In this document: positions 43,857 through 52,028 of the stretch, one piece after another
How the letters are laid out: each line of letters opens with the position of its first letter
Position numbering within the stretch: the stretch's first letter is position 1
Source of the DNA: an uncultured SAR86 cluster bacterium
GTDB lineage: Bacteria; Pseudomonadota; Gammaproteobacteria; Magnimaribacterales; D2472
Assembly (NCBI GenBank): GCA_902520725.1
Contig: CABYPB010000003.1
Span: 9,911 to 73,910 of the forward strand
Direction: 5' to 3'
Length of the DNA: 64,000 nt
The notes under the pieces: generated by a model
What the model was told of the DNA's origin: nothing
Database searches by the model: none
Seen by the model: only the letters and a program-made list of their open reading frames with translations
Position numbers and translations under genes: made by a program

Positions 43857-43958
43857 TAATAAATCAGATTAATTAAAACTTTGCATAATAATACTATCAA
43901 TATTAGCAAGGTTAACCTAAAATACACATCTTTTTAAACAAATTTATATATATTTAGT

Positions 43959-44555
43959 ATGGTAATTATAAGATTAGCAAGAAGCGGGGCTAAAAAGAAC
44001 CCTTATTACTTTATCACTGTAGCAGATGAGCGTCGCCCTAGAGATGGTGCATTTATAGAAAGACTTGGTTTTTTTAATCCAAGCGCTAAGGGAAACGAGG
44101 AAAGACTTCGTATAGATCTTGATAAGCTAGAGTCTTGGGTCTCTAATGGAGCACAAGTTAGTGAAAGAGTTAATTCATTAATCAAAGAAGCTAAATTAAC
44201 ACCCGAAGAATTAATTGCAAAAATTGAAGCAAAAAAAGCTAAAGCAGATGCTAAAAAAGCTGCGCTTGCAGAAAAATTAGCAAAAGAAGCTGAGGAAGCA
44301 GCTTCTGCAGAACAAGAAACATCTGCTGAAGAGGCCCCTGAAGAAGAAGCTCCAGCCGAAGAAGAAGCTCCAGCCGAAGAAGCTCCAGCTGAAGAAGAAG
44401 CTCCAGCCGAAGAAGCTCCAGCTGAAGAAGAAGCTCCAGCCGAAGAAGCCCCAGCCGAGGAAGAAGCTCCAGCTGAAGAAGAAGCTCAAGCCGAGGAAGA
44501 AGCTCCTGAAGAAGAATCCGATGAAAAAGATTCTTCAAAAAATGAAGAAAAATAA
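43959..44555 (+). CDS. rpsP: 30S ribosomal protein bS16 with ~118-aa C-terminal Lys/Ala-rich + acidic E/A/P repeat extension
   Basis: Residues 1-80 ([23 protein letters not shown] ... SLIKEAKL) align with the 82-aa E. coli S16. The frame continues without a stop to 198 aa. Confidence 0.9.
   Translation: MVIIRLARSGAKKNPYYFITVADERRPRDGAFIERLGFFNPSAKGNEERLRIDLDKLESWVSNGAQVSERVNSLIKEAKLTPEELIAKIEAKKAKADAKKAALAEKLAKEAEEAASAEQETSAEEAPEEEAPAEEEAPAEEAPAEEEAPAEEAPAEEEAPAEEAPAEEEAPAEEEAQAEEEAPEEESDEKDSSKNEEK
44325..44516 (+). repeat. In-frame tandem repeat (15/18-nt units, 33-nt super-unit GAAGAAGAAGCTCCAGCCGAAGAAGCTCCAGCT) encoding ([11 protein letters not shown])n
   Basis: Directly visible periodicity. 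All six frames are open across it, which produces the spurious ORFs 44251-44538 and 44277-44489. Confidence 0.9.
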
Positions 44556-45063
44556 TTTAATCTGTATCGGATCTGTAGGTAAGCCGAGAGGCTTGAAAGG
44601 TGAATTTTTTTTGAACTCCTTCTGTAGCCCTCAAAAAAACATTATTAAGTATACTAAAATGATTGAAACAAATGATGGTGTTTGTTTGGAATTAGAATAC
44701 ATCAAAGAAAATAATCTTAAGTTTCTATCAAAAATTAAAAACATAAATAATGTTGATGAAATCAAAACATATACAAACCTAATGCTCTATATTTCATCAG
44801 AAAATTTACCTTCACTAAATTCGGATGAAGTTTATTGGCATGACCTAGTTGGAATGCTTGTTATAGACGAAAATAAGAATGAGCTACTGGGGGAAGTTAA
44901 AGATATAAATAATTTTGGAGCAAATGAGTGTTTAGTAGTTCATGCCACAGATGATTCTATTGATAATAAAGAGCGTTTGATACCATTTATAAGAAACAAC
45001 TTTATATCTCAAATAGATAAAGAAAAGAGAATCATAACAGTTAACTGGCAAAGCGATTATTAG
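44521..45063 (+). CDS. rimM: 16S rRNA processing protein RimM
   Basis: [14 protein letters not shown] (PRC-barrel family N-terminus) and the conserved operon position. The start is ambiguous: ATG 44521 or ATG 44542. Confidence 0.85.
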   Translation: MKKILQKMKKNNLICIGSVGKPRGLKGEFFLNSFCSPQKNIIKYTKMIETNDGVCLELEYIKENNLKFLSKIKNINNVDEIKTYTNLMLYISSENLPSLNSDEVYWHDLVGMLVIDENKNELLGEVKDINNFGANECLVVHATDDSIDNKERLIPFIRNNFISQIDKEKRIITVNWQSDY

Positions 45064-45066
45064 ATT

Positions 45067-45798
45067 ATGAATATTAATATATTAACTATTTTTCCTGAGA
45101 TATTTAATGTTTTAAATTCAGGCGTAGTTTCTAAACCAATAAAAAATAAAACTCTCAAACTAAATACCTACGATATAAGAAAGAATGCTGTAAATAAGCA
45201 CAATCATGTTGATGCAAAGCCATATGGAGGAGGCGAAGGAATGGTTATTATGGCTGAACCAGTGGTTAAAAGCTTGAATCAAATAGCTAAAAGTAAACTT
45301 GGCAAAGTTATATATTTAACACCGCAAGGCAAAAAATTAAATCAAAAAAAAGTTCTTAACTTGTCTAAATTGAGGAACATTACTCTTATATGTGGCAGGT
45401 ACGAAGGAATTGATCAAAGAATAATTGATAAATATGTTGATGAAGAAATCTCACTTGGAGATTTTATTTTGAGTGGTGGAGAGTATGCCGCTTTATGCTT
45501 AATTGATGCTATATCTAGATATATTCCTGGCACGCTGGGAAATAAAGATTCATATTTAAAAGATACTTTTTCAAATGGCTTATTAAAAGGAGATGTATAC
45601 ACGAAACCTGAAGATTTTGAGTCTATGAAAGTTCCAGATGAACTATTATCCGGAAATCATAAAAAAATTGATGATTGGCGTGATGAAAACTCACTACTTA
45701 AAACTTTTCTAAAAAGACCTGATCTCTTAAATGAAATAAAATTATCAAAAAAACAAAAAAAACTCTTGGAAGAATGGGAATCTAAGGCTATCCTATAG
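45067..45798 (+). CDS. trmD: tRNA (guanine37-N1)-methyltransferase
   Basis: ILTIFPE, PYGGGEGMV, GRYEGIDQR, and LSGGE. Confidence 0.95.
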   Translation: MNINILTIFPEIFNVLNSGVVSKPIKNKTLKLNTYDIRKNAVNKHNHVDAKPYGGGEGMVIMAEPVVKSLNQIAKSKLGKVIYLTPQGKKLNQKKVLNLSKLRNITLICGRYEGIDQRIIDKYVDEEISLGDFILSGGEYAALCLIDAISRYIPGTLGNKDSYLKDTFSNGLLKGDVYTKPEDFESMKVPDELLSGNHKKIDDWRDENSLLKTFLKRPDLLNEIKLSKKQKKLLEEWESKAIL

Positions 45799-45817
45799 CC
45801 CATTTTAGGCAAACATT

Positions 45818-46660
45818 ATGAGCGATAATAAAGACAGCAAGAAAAAAGGATTTTTTTCCAGACTATTTGGAGTTTCAAGTTCGTCTGAAGAAACTAAAAC
45901 TGAAGTAATATCTCCTGAACTACCTTCATTATCTGCACTTAATAAGATGAAAAAAGCAGATATTGTAGGTGCTGCTAAGGATAATGGCCTAGATTTAGAT
46001 ATCAATCTTACAAAAGCAAAATTACTAGAAGCTTGGGAATTACATTTTAATCCTCAGACACCTCCAAGTGCTGTTGATGATGCTGCAGACGTGATGGCAG
46101 AATCTGCTGCAAATGATAAGCATGAAGAAGCTCCTAAAGAAGAAACACCAGCCGAAGAAGCTCCTGAAGAAGACGCTCCAGCTGAAGAAGAAGCTCCAGC
46201 CGAGGAAGAAGCTCCTGAAGAAGAAGCACCAGCTGAAGAAGCTCCTGAAGAAGAAGCACCAGCTGAAGAAGAAGCGCCAGCTGAAGCAAAAATATCTTTG
46301 GATGAAAAAAGTCCATCTCAAATAATTAACGATTTTGAGTCTAGACAAATGAAGACTGACTTACCTGATTTTAGGCCTGGAGATACAGTAATTGTTTCAG
46401 TGAAGGTAAAAGAAGGAGATAGAACAAGATTACAAGCATTTGAAGGTGTTGTAATGGGTTTAAAGAACGCTGGATTAAACTCTTCATTCATTGTGCGTAA
46501 GATTTCAAGCGGTATTGGAGTTGAAAGAACTTTTCAAACTCACAGCCCAATGATTGACTCTATTAAAGTAAAAAGAAAAGGTGACGTCAGACAATCTAAA
46601 TTATTTTATTTAAGAGAAAGATCCGGAAAATCAGCAAGAATCAAAGAACGTCTAGAATAA
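45818..46660 (+). CDS. rplS: 50S ribosomal protein bL19 with ~165-aa N-terminal extension
   Basis: Residues ~167-280 ([46 protein letters not shown]...) align with the 115-aa E. coli L19. The upstream 160 codons are open in frame from ATG 45818. An in-frame TTG at 46298 would give a canonical-length protein, so the start is uncertain. Confidence 0.8.
   Translation: MSDNKDSKKKGFFSRLFGVSSSSEETKTEVISPELPSLSALNKMKKADIVGAAKDNGLDLDINLTKAKLLEAWELHFNPQTPPSAVDDAADVMAESAANDKHEEAPKEETPAEEAPEEDAPAEEEAPAEEEAPEEEAPAEEAPEEEAPAEEEAPAEAKISLDEKSPSQIINDFESRQMKTDLPDFRPGDTVIVSVKVKEGDRTRLQAFEGVVMGLKNAGLNSSFIVRKISSGIGVERTFQTHSPMIDSIKVKRKGDVRQSKLFYLRERSGKSARIKERLE
46124..46288 (+). repeat. In-frame tandem repeat encoding acidic ([11 protein letters not shown])n, related to the rpsP repeat
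   Basis: GAAGAAGCTCC(A/T)G(C/A)N units. Positions 46181-46225 are 44/45 identical to 44472-44516. The repeat produces spurious ORFs in other frames (46040-46348, 46113-46325, 46134-46316). Confidence 0.9.
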
Positions 46661-46666
46661 TAAGAA

Positions 46667-47557
46667 ATGCAAGAGTTAGTCATTGGAGATCCTTATCTTA
46701 AGGATTTTTTTAACTATTTATATATAGAGAAAGGGCTATCTCAGAATACTGTTAAATCTTACAAAAGAGATATAGATAGTTTTATCTCATGGTCTAAAAA
46801 ATATAAAAAATCTAATTATGTTGATTTTAATGAGACTGAAATAAATGAGTTTATTTCTTTTTTATTTAAATCCCATCTAAAAAGTGCTTCTGTAAACAGA
46901 AAGATTTCTTCAATAAAATCTTTGTATTTATTTTTAGTTAAAAAAAATCAAATCAAAAATTCTCCAATAAGTGAGATTATTACACCCAAGCAAGAAAAAT
47001 ATTTACCAATGTCAATGTCTGAGGATGAGGTAGATAAGCTTCTTAATAGTCCTGACTGCTCAGTTAAAATAGAAGTCAGAGACAAAGCAATGATTGAAAT
47101 GCTTTATGCAACTGGAATGAGAATATCAGAATTAATTAATCTTAAGATTATAAATACAGATATTCAAAGATGCGTTGTAAAGGTAATAGGAAAGGGCTCC
47201 AAAGAAAGACTCATTCCATTTGGAGAATCTGCACTTGAGGCTCTTAATAATTATTTGTCTATAAGAAAAAATTCAAAATCAAAGGAGATATTTTTGTCTA
47301 ATAGAGGAACAAAATTAACTAGAGTAGCATTTTGGAAAAGAATTAAAATATACCTCATACGCTCAAATCTAAAGGGTTCAATTTCACCACATACCTTAAG
47401 ACATGCATTTGCTACTCATTTGTTAAATAGGGGTGCTGATCTGAGGTCAGTTCAACTCCTTCTGGGCCACAGTGACTTATCAACTACGCAAATATATACT
47501 CATATTGCAAAACAGAGATTGGGTGATGTTCTAAAAAAACACCATCCAAGAGGATAA
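46667..47557 (+). CDS. xerD: Site-specific tyrosine recombinase XerD
   Basis: 296 aa with ATGMRISEL, HTLRHAFATHLL, and LLGHSDLSTTQIYTH. The position before dsbC-hom-thrC is as in Pseudomonas. Confidence 0.88.
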   Translation: MQELVIGDPYLKDFFNYLYIEKGLSQNTVKSYKRDIDSFISWSKKYKKSNYVDFNETEINEFISFLFKSHLKSASVNRKISSIKSLYLFLVKKNQIKNSPISEIITPKQEKYLPMSMSEDEVDKLLNSPDCSVKIEVRDKAMIEMLYATGMRISELINLKIINTDIQRCVVKVIGKGSKERLIPFGESALEALNNYLSIRKNSKSKEIFLSNRGTKLTRVAFWKRIKIYLIRSNLKGSISPHTLRHAFATHLLNRGADLRSVQLLLGHSDLSTTQIYTHIAKQRLGDVLKKHHPRG

Positions 47558-47558
47558 T

Positions 47559-48272
47559 ATGAAATACAAATTATTAATGTATAGCCTTATACTTTTTTCT
47601 CTAACAACCTATTCTGATGAGTTGTTAATCAAAGAAAAAATATCAGGAATTTTGCCACCTGGTACACAAATTGAAAAAATAGAAGAATCATCATTTCCTA
47701 ATATATATAAAGTTTATTACGGAGATATTCAGCCATTATATGTTTCAAAATCTGGTAAATATTTTTTATATGGAGATATGTTTGAAATAAATTCTTCTGA
47801 AATTATTAACTTAACAGCTTTAGATATTAAGAAACAGCGAATATCCCTAATGAAAGAAATCAATAAAGATGAGTTGATTTCTTTTTCTTCAGATGATGAG
47901 ACTTATAGTGTTACTGTATTTACAGACGTTGACTGTGGATATTGCAGAAAACTGCATAACGAGATTAAAGCATACAATAAGTTGGGTATCTCTATTAATT
48001 ATGCAGCATTTCCGAGATCAGGCATTGGGACAGAAGCTTTTACAAAAATGGTTGGAGCTTGGTGTTCAACTAATCCAAAACAATCAATAACATACTTAAA
48101 AGATGGAAAAAAATTAGAATTGAATTTTTGTGATTCTCAGCCAGTATCAAAACATTATGCTATTGGTAAAAAAATAGGTATAACTGGAACTCCAGCAATA
48201 ATATCCTCAGAAGGTGAATTATTTCCAGGTTATTATTCTCCTCAAGATTTACTTGATAAACTAAAGAGCTAA
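47559..48272 (+). CDS. dsbC: Thiol:disulfide interchange protein DsbC (periplasmic disulfide isomerase)
   Basis: Signal peptide, FTDVDCGYCRKLH (CGYC active site), and GTPAII. Confidence 0.8.
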   Translation: MKYKLLMYSLILFSLTTYSDELLIKEKISGILPPGTQIEKIEESSFPNIYKVYYGDIQPLYVSKSGKYFLYGDMFEINSSEIINLTALDIKKQRISLMKEINKDELISFSSDDETYSVTVFTDVDCGYCRKLHNEIKAYNKLGISINYAAFPRSGIGTEAFTKMVGAWCSTNPKQSITYLKDGKKLELNFCDSQPVSKHYAIGKKIGITGTPAIISSEGELFPGYYSPQDLLDKLKS

Positions 48273-48273
48273 T

Positions 48274-49536
48274 ATGAAGAAACTAAAAATTGGGATATGT
48301 GGATGGGGTAATGTTGCTACAGGCTTATTTAATACAATTAAAAATAATAACGATAAAATAAGATTAAATGGTAATTTAGATATTGAAATAGTTGTAATTG
48401 GAGCAAGAAGAGATAATCCAAAATGTAATCCTGGAGACATTAAGATAGAAAGAGATATCTTTGATGTAATAGATAATGAAATTGACGTTGTGGTGGAATT
48501 AATTGGAGGAGTTGAAGTAGCTAGAGATCTAATTTTAAAAGCTATTAAAAATAAAAAACATGTTGTGACTGCAAACAAGGCAGTAATATTTCATCATGGA
48601 GATGAAATATTCAATGAAGCAAGTGCAAACGGTGTAAAAGTTCTTTTTGAATCCTCTGTTTGTGCTGGTACTCCAATAATTAAGCTTTTAACTGAAGAAT
48701 TATCAGCAAACAATGTTACTAAAATTGCTGGAATGCTTAACGGAACATCTAATTTTATATTATCAAATATGGAAGAGGGCGCAGATTTCAAACCAATATT
48801 AGAACTTGCTCAAAAAGAAGGTTATGCTGAACCTGATCCAACTTTTGATATTGAAGGCATGGATGCTGCCCACAAGATAGGTATTTTATCTTCTCTTGCC
48901 TTTGGAACACCCTTACCTCCAGGTGATTTCTATGTAGAGGGCATATCTAAAATAGAAAAAATTGATTTTAAATATGCAAAAGAAATGGGATATACAGTTA
49001 AACATCTAGCTGTTTGTAAAAACAATGAAGATAAAATTGAGCTAAGAGCACATCCAGTTCTTATTAAAGATAATTCATATTTAGCAAACTTAAAAAGTGT
49101 GAGAAATGGCATCGAGGTAGAAACTGACTTGCTTGGAACTCTTCATATTGCAGGTTCTGGTGCTGGACAGGAATCAACAGCATCTGGAGTGGTTTCAGAT
49201 TTAGTGCATCTCGCAAACTCTAATATCAATATTTCTAAATCAACAAAAAAAAATAAATGTGATCTGATAGATTTTTTAAGTTTAAGCTTTCAATACTATT
49301 TCTATATAAAAGCAGAGGATATTCCAGGTGTAATGGCTTCAATAACCTCAATGTTTGCAGAAAAAGGAGTTGGAATTGAATCTATAGTTCAAAAAGAAGA
49401 TTTAAAAGAAAATATGGTACCGATTGTATTGATAACAGATCCTTTTATAGAAAGCGATCATAAAGATTTAGTCACAAATATTTTAAATCTTGATTCAGTA
49501 AATGAAGTTAGATCTATCAGAATAGAAACAGACTAG
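48274..49536 (+). CDS. hom: Homoserine dehydrogenase (with C-terminal ACT domain)
   Basis: IGICGWGNVATG, VTANKA, LNGTSNFIL, EADPTFDIEG, and an ACT-like tail. Confidence 0.93.
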   Translation: MKKLKIGICGWGNVATGLFNTIKNNNDKIRLNGNLDIEIVVIGARRDNPKCNPGDIKIERDIFDVIDNEIDVVVELIGGVEVARDLILKAIKNKKHVVTANKAVIFHHGDEIFNEASANGVKVLFESSVCAGTPIIKLLTEELSANNVTKIAGMLNGTSNFILSNMEEGADFKPILELAQKEGYAEPDPTFDIEGMDAAHKIGILSSLAFGTPLPPGDFYVEGISKIEKIDFKYAKEMGYTVKHLAVCKNNEDKIELRAHPVLIKDNSYLANLKSVRNGIEVETDLLGTLHIAGSGAGQESTASGVVSDLVHLANSNINISKSTKKNKCDLIDFLSLSFQYYFYIKAEDIPGVMASITSMFAEKGVGIESIVQKEDLKENMVPIVLITDPFIESDHKDLVTNILNLDSVNEVRSIRIETD

Positions 49537-49538
49537 AA

Positions 49539-50921
49539 ATGCTTTTTCATAGCACTAGAGGCAAAGATAATAATAAGACTTTTGAAGAGATTTTAATGCA
49601 AGGTCTTGCCAAAGATGGTGGTCTTTTTATGCCGGACTATTGGCCAGAAGTAGATCTAGATAATTTAAAAAACCTTGATAACTTTATAGATGTTGCAAAG
49701 AAAATTGTTCCATTATTCACTGATTCATCTTTTACCAATATTGAGGTTGAACATCTACTTGATCGCACTTGGCATAATTTCGATAAAAAGGACTTTATAG
49801 ATATTTTTGAAATCAATGAGTCAGTCTCAATTCTAGAGCTATTTCATGGACCGACCGCTGCCTTTAAAGACTTTGGCCTTCAACTTGCAGCTGCTTTTTT
49901 TAACAAAACTTTACAAAAGCAGAAAAAAACTGCGATTGTGTTTGGAGCTACATCTGGAGATACAGGATCTGCTGCAATAGATGCTTGCAAAGAGTTTGAT
50001 TTAATCAAAACCTTCATTCTTATTCCTGAAGGAAATATGTCTGAAATACAACGAAAGCAAATGACGACAGTTCATAAGGATAACGTATTTCCAATATTAG
50101 CTAGTGGAACATTTGATGATTGCCAAGATATTGTTAAAAGAGGTTTCAATGAAAGAACATTTTTAAAAGATGATCAGTATCTTTTAGCAGTTAATTCCAT
50201 TAATTGGGTAAGAATTATTGGACAAATTTGTTATTACTTTTATGTTTCATTAAAAATCAATAACCTTTCGAGTCCATTAAATTTTTCCGTTCCAACTGGT
50301 AATTTTGGAAATGTTTTTGCATGTTATGCTGCTTCAAAAATGGGCATGCCATTATCAAAAATAATAGTAGCTGTTAACTCAAACGATATCCTTGATAGAT
50401 TTTTTAGAAATAATGATTATTCAAAAGAAAAAGTTAATGAAACTATATCTCCAAGCATGGATATAAGTGTTGCCAGTAATTTCGAGAGGCTGTTATATGA
50501 TTTTTACTTTGAGGGTGATACAAAAGCATGTTCTCAGCTTTATTCAAATTTTCCAAATTCAAAGATTGAAATTGATTCAAATATTTGGAAGAAATCATCT
50601 CAATTATTTATTAGTTATAGCTCTGATGATAAGGCCACATATGAATGTATGAAATATTATTTTAATAACTTCAATTATGTAATGGATCCTCACACTGCTG
50701 TTGCTGCAGATGCTGTATATAAATTAAATGATAAGTTAGATGGAAAGACAATAATATTGTCTACAGCTGATCCAGCAAAATTTCCATTAGCACTTAAAAA
50801 TGCTGGATTGCCACCAAGTTTACCCAATAAATTAAGTAGAATATTAGATAAGAAAGAAGTAGCACATAGATTAAGTTCAAAAGATGATTCAATTTTTGAA
50901 TTTATAAAAAATAATAATTAA
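49539..50921 (+). CDS. thrC: Threonine synthase (long form)
   Basis: LELFHGPTAAFKDFG (PLP Lys), ATSGDTGSAA, and SVPTGNFGN. Confidence 0.93.
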   Translation: MLFHSTRGKDNNKTFEEILMQGLAKDGGLFMPDYWPEVDLDNLKNLDNFIDVAKKIVPLFTDSSFTNIEVEHLLDRTWHNFDKKDFIDIFEINESVSILELFHGPTAAFKDFGLQLAAAFFNKTLQKQKKTAIVFGATSGDTGSAAIDACKEFDLIKTFILIPEGNMSEIQRKQMTTVHKDNVFPILASGTFDDCQDIVKRGFNERTFLKDDQYLLAVNSINWVRIIGQICYYFYVSLKINNLSSPLNFSVPTGNFGNVFACYAASKMGMPLSKIIVAVNSNDILDRFFRNNDYSKEKVNETISPSMDISVASNFERLLYDFYFEGDTKACSQLYSNFPNSKIEIDSNIWKKSSQLFISYSSDDKATYECMKYYFNNFNYVMDPHTAVAADAVYKLNDKLDGKTIILSTADPAKFPLALKNAGLPPSLPNKLSRILDKKEVAHRLSSKDDSIFEFIKNNN

Positions 50922-50930
50922 AAACTTATA

Positions 50931-52028
50931 ATGGATATTCAAGAATTAAAATCAACTTTATTAGATTTACAAAGTAGAGTTGACGAAATCAAAACTAATG
51001 TTCTTAAACTTGATTCCAAAAAAAAGCGCTTAGCTGAAATTGAAAGTGATCTATCTAAAGAGAAAGTATGGTCAGATTTAGAACTTTCTCAAAAACTAAG
51101 CAAAGAAAAAACTTCATTAGAAAAAACATTATCTTCATTCAAAACGGTTTCTGACAAAATTTCAGATTCTCAAGTACTTCTTGATGTGTCAATCGAAGAA
51201 AATGATGACTCCTCAATTGATGAAATCATAAAAGATATGACTGATATTTCTTCTATGGTGGAAGAACTTGAATTTAGCAGAATGTTCACAAAGAAAATGG
51301 ATTCTTCATCTGCATATATTGAGATTCAATCTGGTTCGGGCGGAACAGAGGCGCAAGATTGGGCAGAAATGCTTTTAAGAATGTATACAAAATGGGCCGA
51401 GGCAAGAAAATTTACTTCAAATTTAATTGAAATATCTCATGGTGATGTCGCTGGAATTAAATCTGCTTCGCTTTATGTTGAGGGTGATTATGCTTATGGG
51501 TGGCTCAGAACAGAAACAGGAATTCATAGACTAGTAAGAAAATCTCCTTTTGATTCTGGAAACAGGCGTCATACTTCGTTTGCATCAGTTTTCATTTCAC
51601 CAGAAATAGACGAATCAATTGAAATAAACTTAAACAAAGCAGACATCAGGACCGACACATATAGAGCTTCAGGTGCAGGAGGCCAACATGTGAATAAAAC
51701 TGATTCAGCAGTTAGATTAACTCATATACCAACTGGTGTTGTTGCACAATCTCAAAGCGATAGATCACAACATAAAAATAAAGAAAATGCATTAAAACAA
51801 TTAAAATCCAAGCTTTACGAGTTAGAATTACAAAAACAAAATGAAGAACAGCAGCTTCTTGAAGATAGTAAGTCTGACATTGGATGGGGTAGCCAGATTA
51901 GATCTTATGTATTAGATCAATCAAGGATAAAAGACTTAAGAACAAATCATGAGACTGGAAACACAACAGCTGTTCTAAATGGAGATTTAGATGATTTTAT
52001 GAAATCATCATTAAAAGCAGGTATATAG
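50931..52028 (+). CDS. prfB: Peptide chain release factor 2, encoded in a single uninterrupted frame
   Basis: 365 aa with the SPF motif (KSPFDSGNRRHTSFASV) and the GGQ motif (SGAGGQHVNKTDSAV). There is no in-frame TGA or +1 shift site at codon 26. Confidence 0.95.
   Translation: MDIQELKSTLLDLQSRVDEIKTNVLKLDSKKKRLAEIESDLSKEKVWSDLELSQKLSKEKTSLEKTLSSFKTVSDKISDSQVLLDVSIEENDDSSIDEIIKDMTDISSMVEELEFSRMFTKKMDSSSAYIEIQSGSGGTEAQDWAEMLLRMYTKWAEARKFTSNLIEISHGDVAGIKSASLYVEGDYAYGWLRTETGIHRLVRKSPFDSGNRRHTSFASVFISPEIDESIEINLNKADIRTDTYRASGAGGQHVNKTDSAVRLTHIPTGVVAQSQSDRSQHKNKENALKQLKSKLYELELQKQNEEQQLLEDSKSDIGWGSQIRSYVLDQSRIKDLRTNHETGNTTAVLNGDLDDFMKSSLKAGI

Noticed and set aside
43857-43958. Spacer upstream of rpsP as a candidate 4.5S/SRP RNA or other ncRNA; all other spacers were likewise checked for tRNA, riboswitch or sRNA features
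   Set aside because: The spacers are extremely AT-rich, with no GC-rich helices or the conserved SRP domain IV motif. Every spacer in the window is at most about 255 nt and is explained by promoters or the sORF.
44325-44516. Regular 33-nt periodicity that superficially resembles a CRISPR-like or minisatellite array
   Set aside because: There are no unique spacers between repeats, the array is in frame inside rpsP, and the same holds for the rplS array. It is a coding tandem repeat, not CRISPR.
44251-44538. ORFs in other frames and on the other strand across the rpsP and rplS repeat arrays (44251-44538, 44277-44489, 46040-46348, 46113-46325, 46134-46316)
   Set aside because: The GAA/GCT/CCA repeat lacks stop codons in all six frames. 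Only the E/A/P frame is contiguous with the ribosomal protein cores.
46667-47557. Tyrosine recombinase as a marker of an integrated mobile element
   Set aside because: The sequence and its conserved position (rplS ... xerD-dsbC-hom-thrC) identify it as chromosomal XerD. There are no flanking att-like repeats, tRNA genes or cargo genes.
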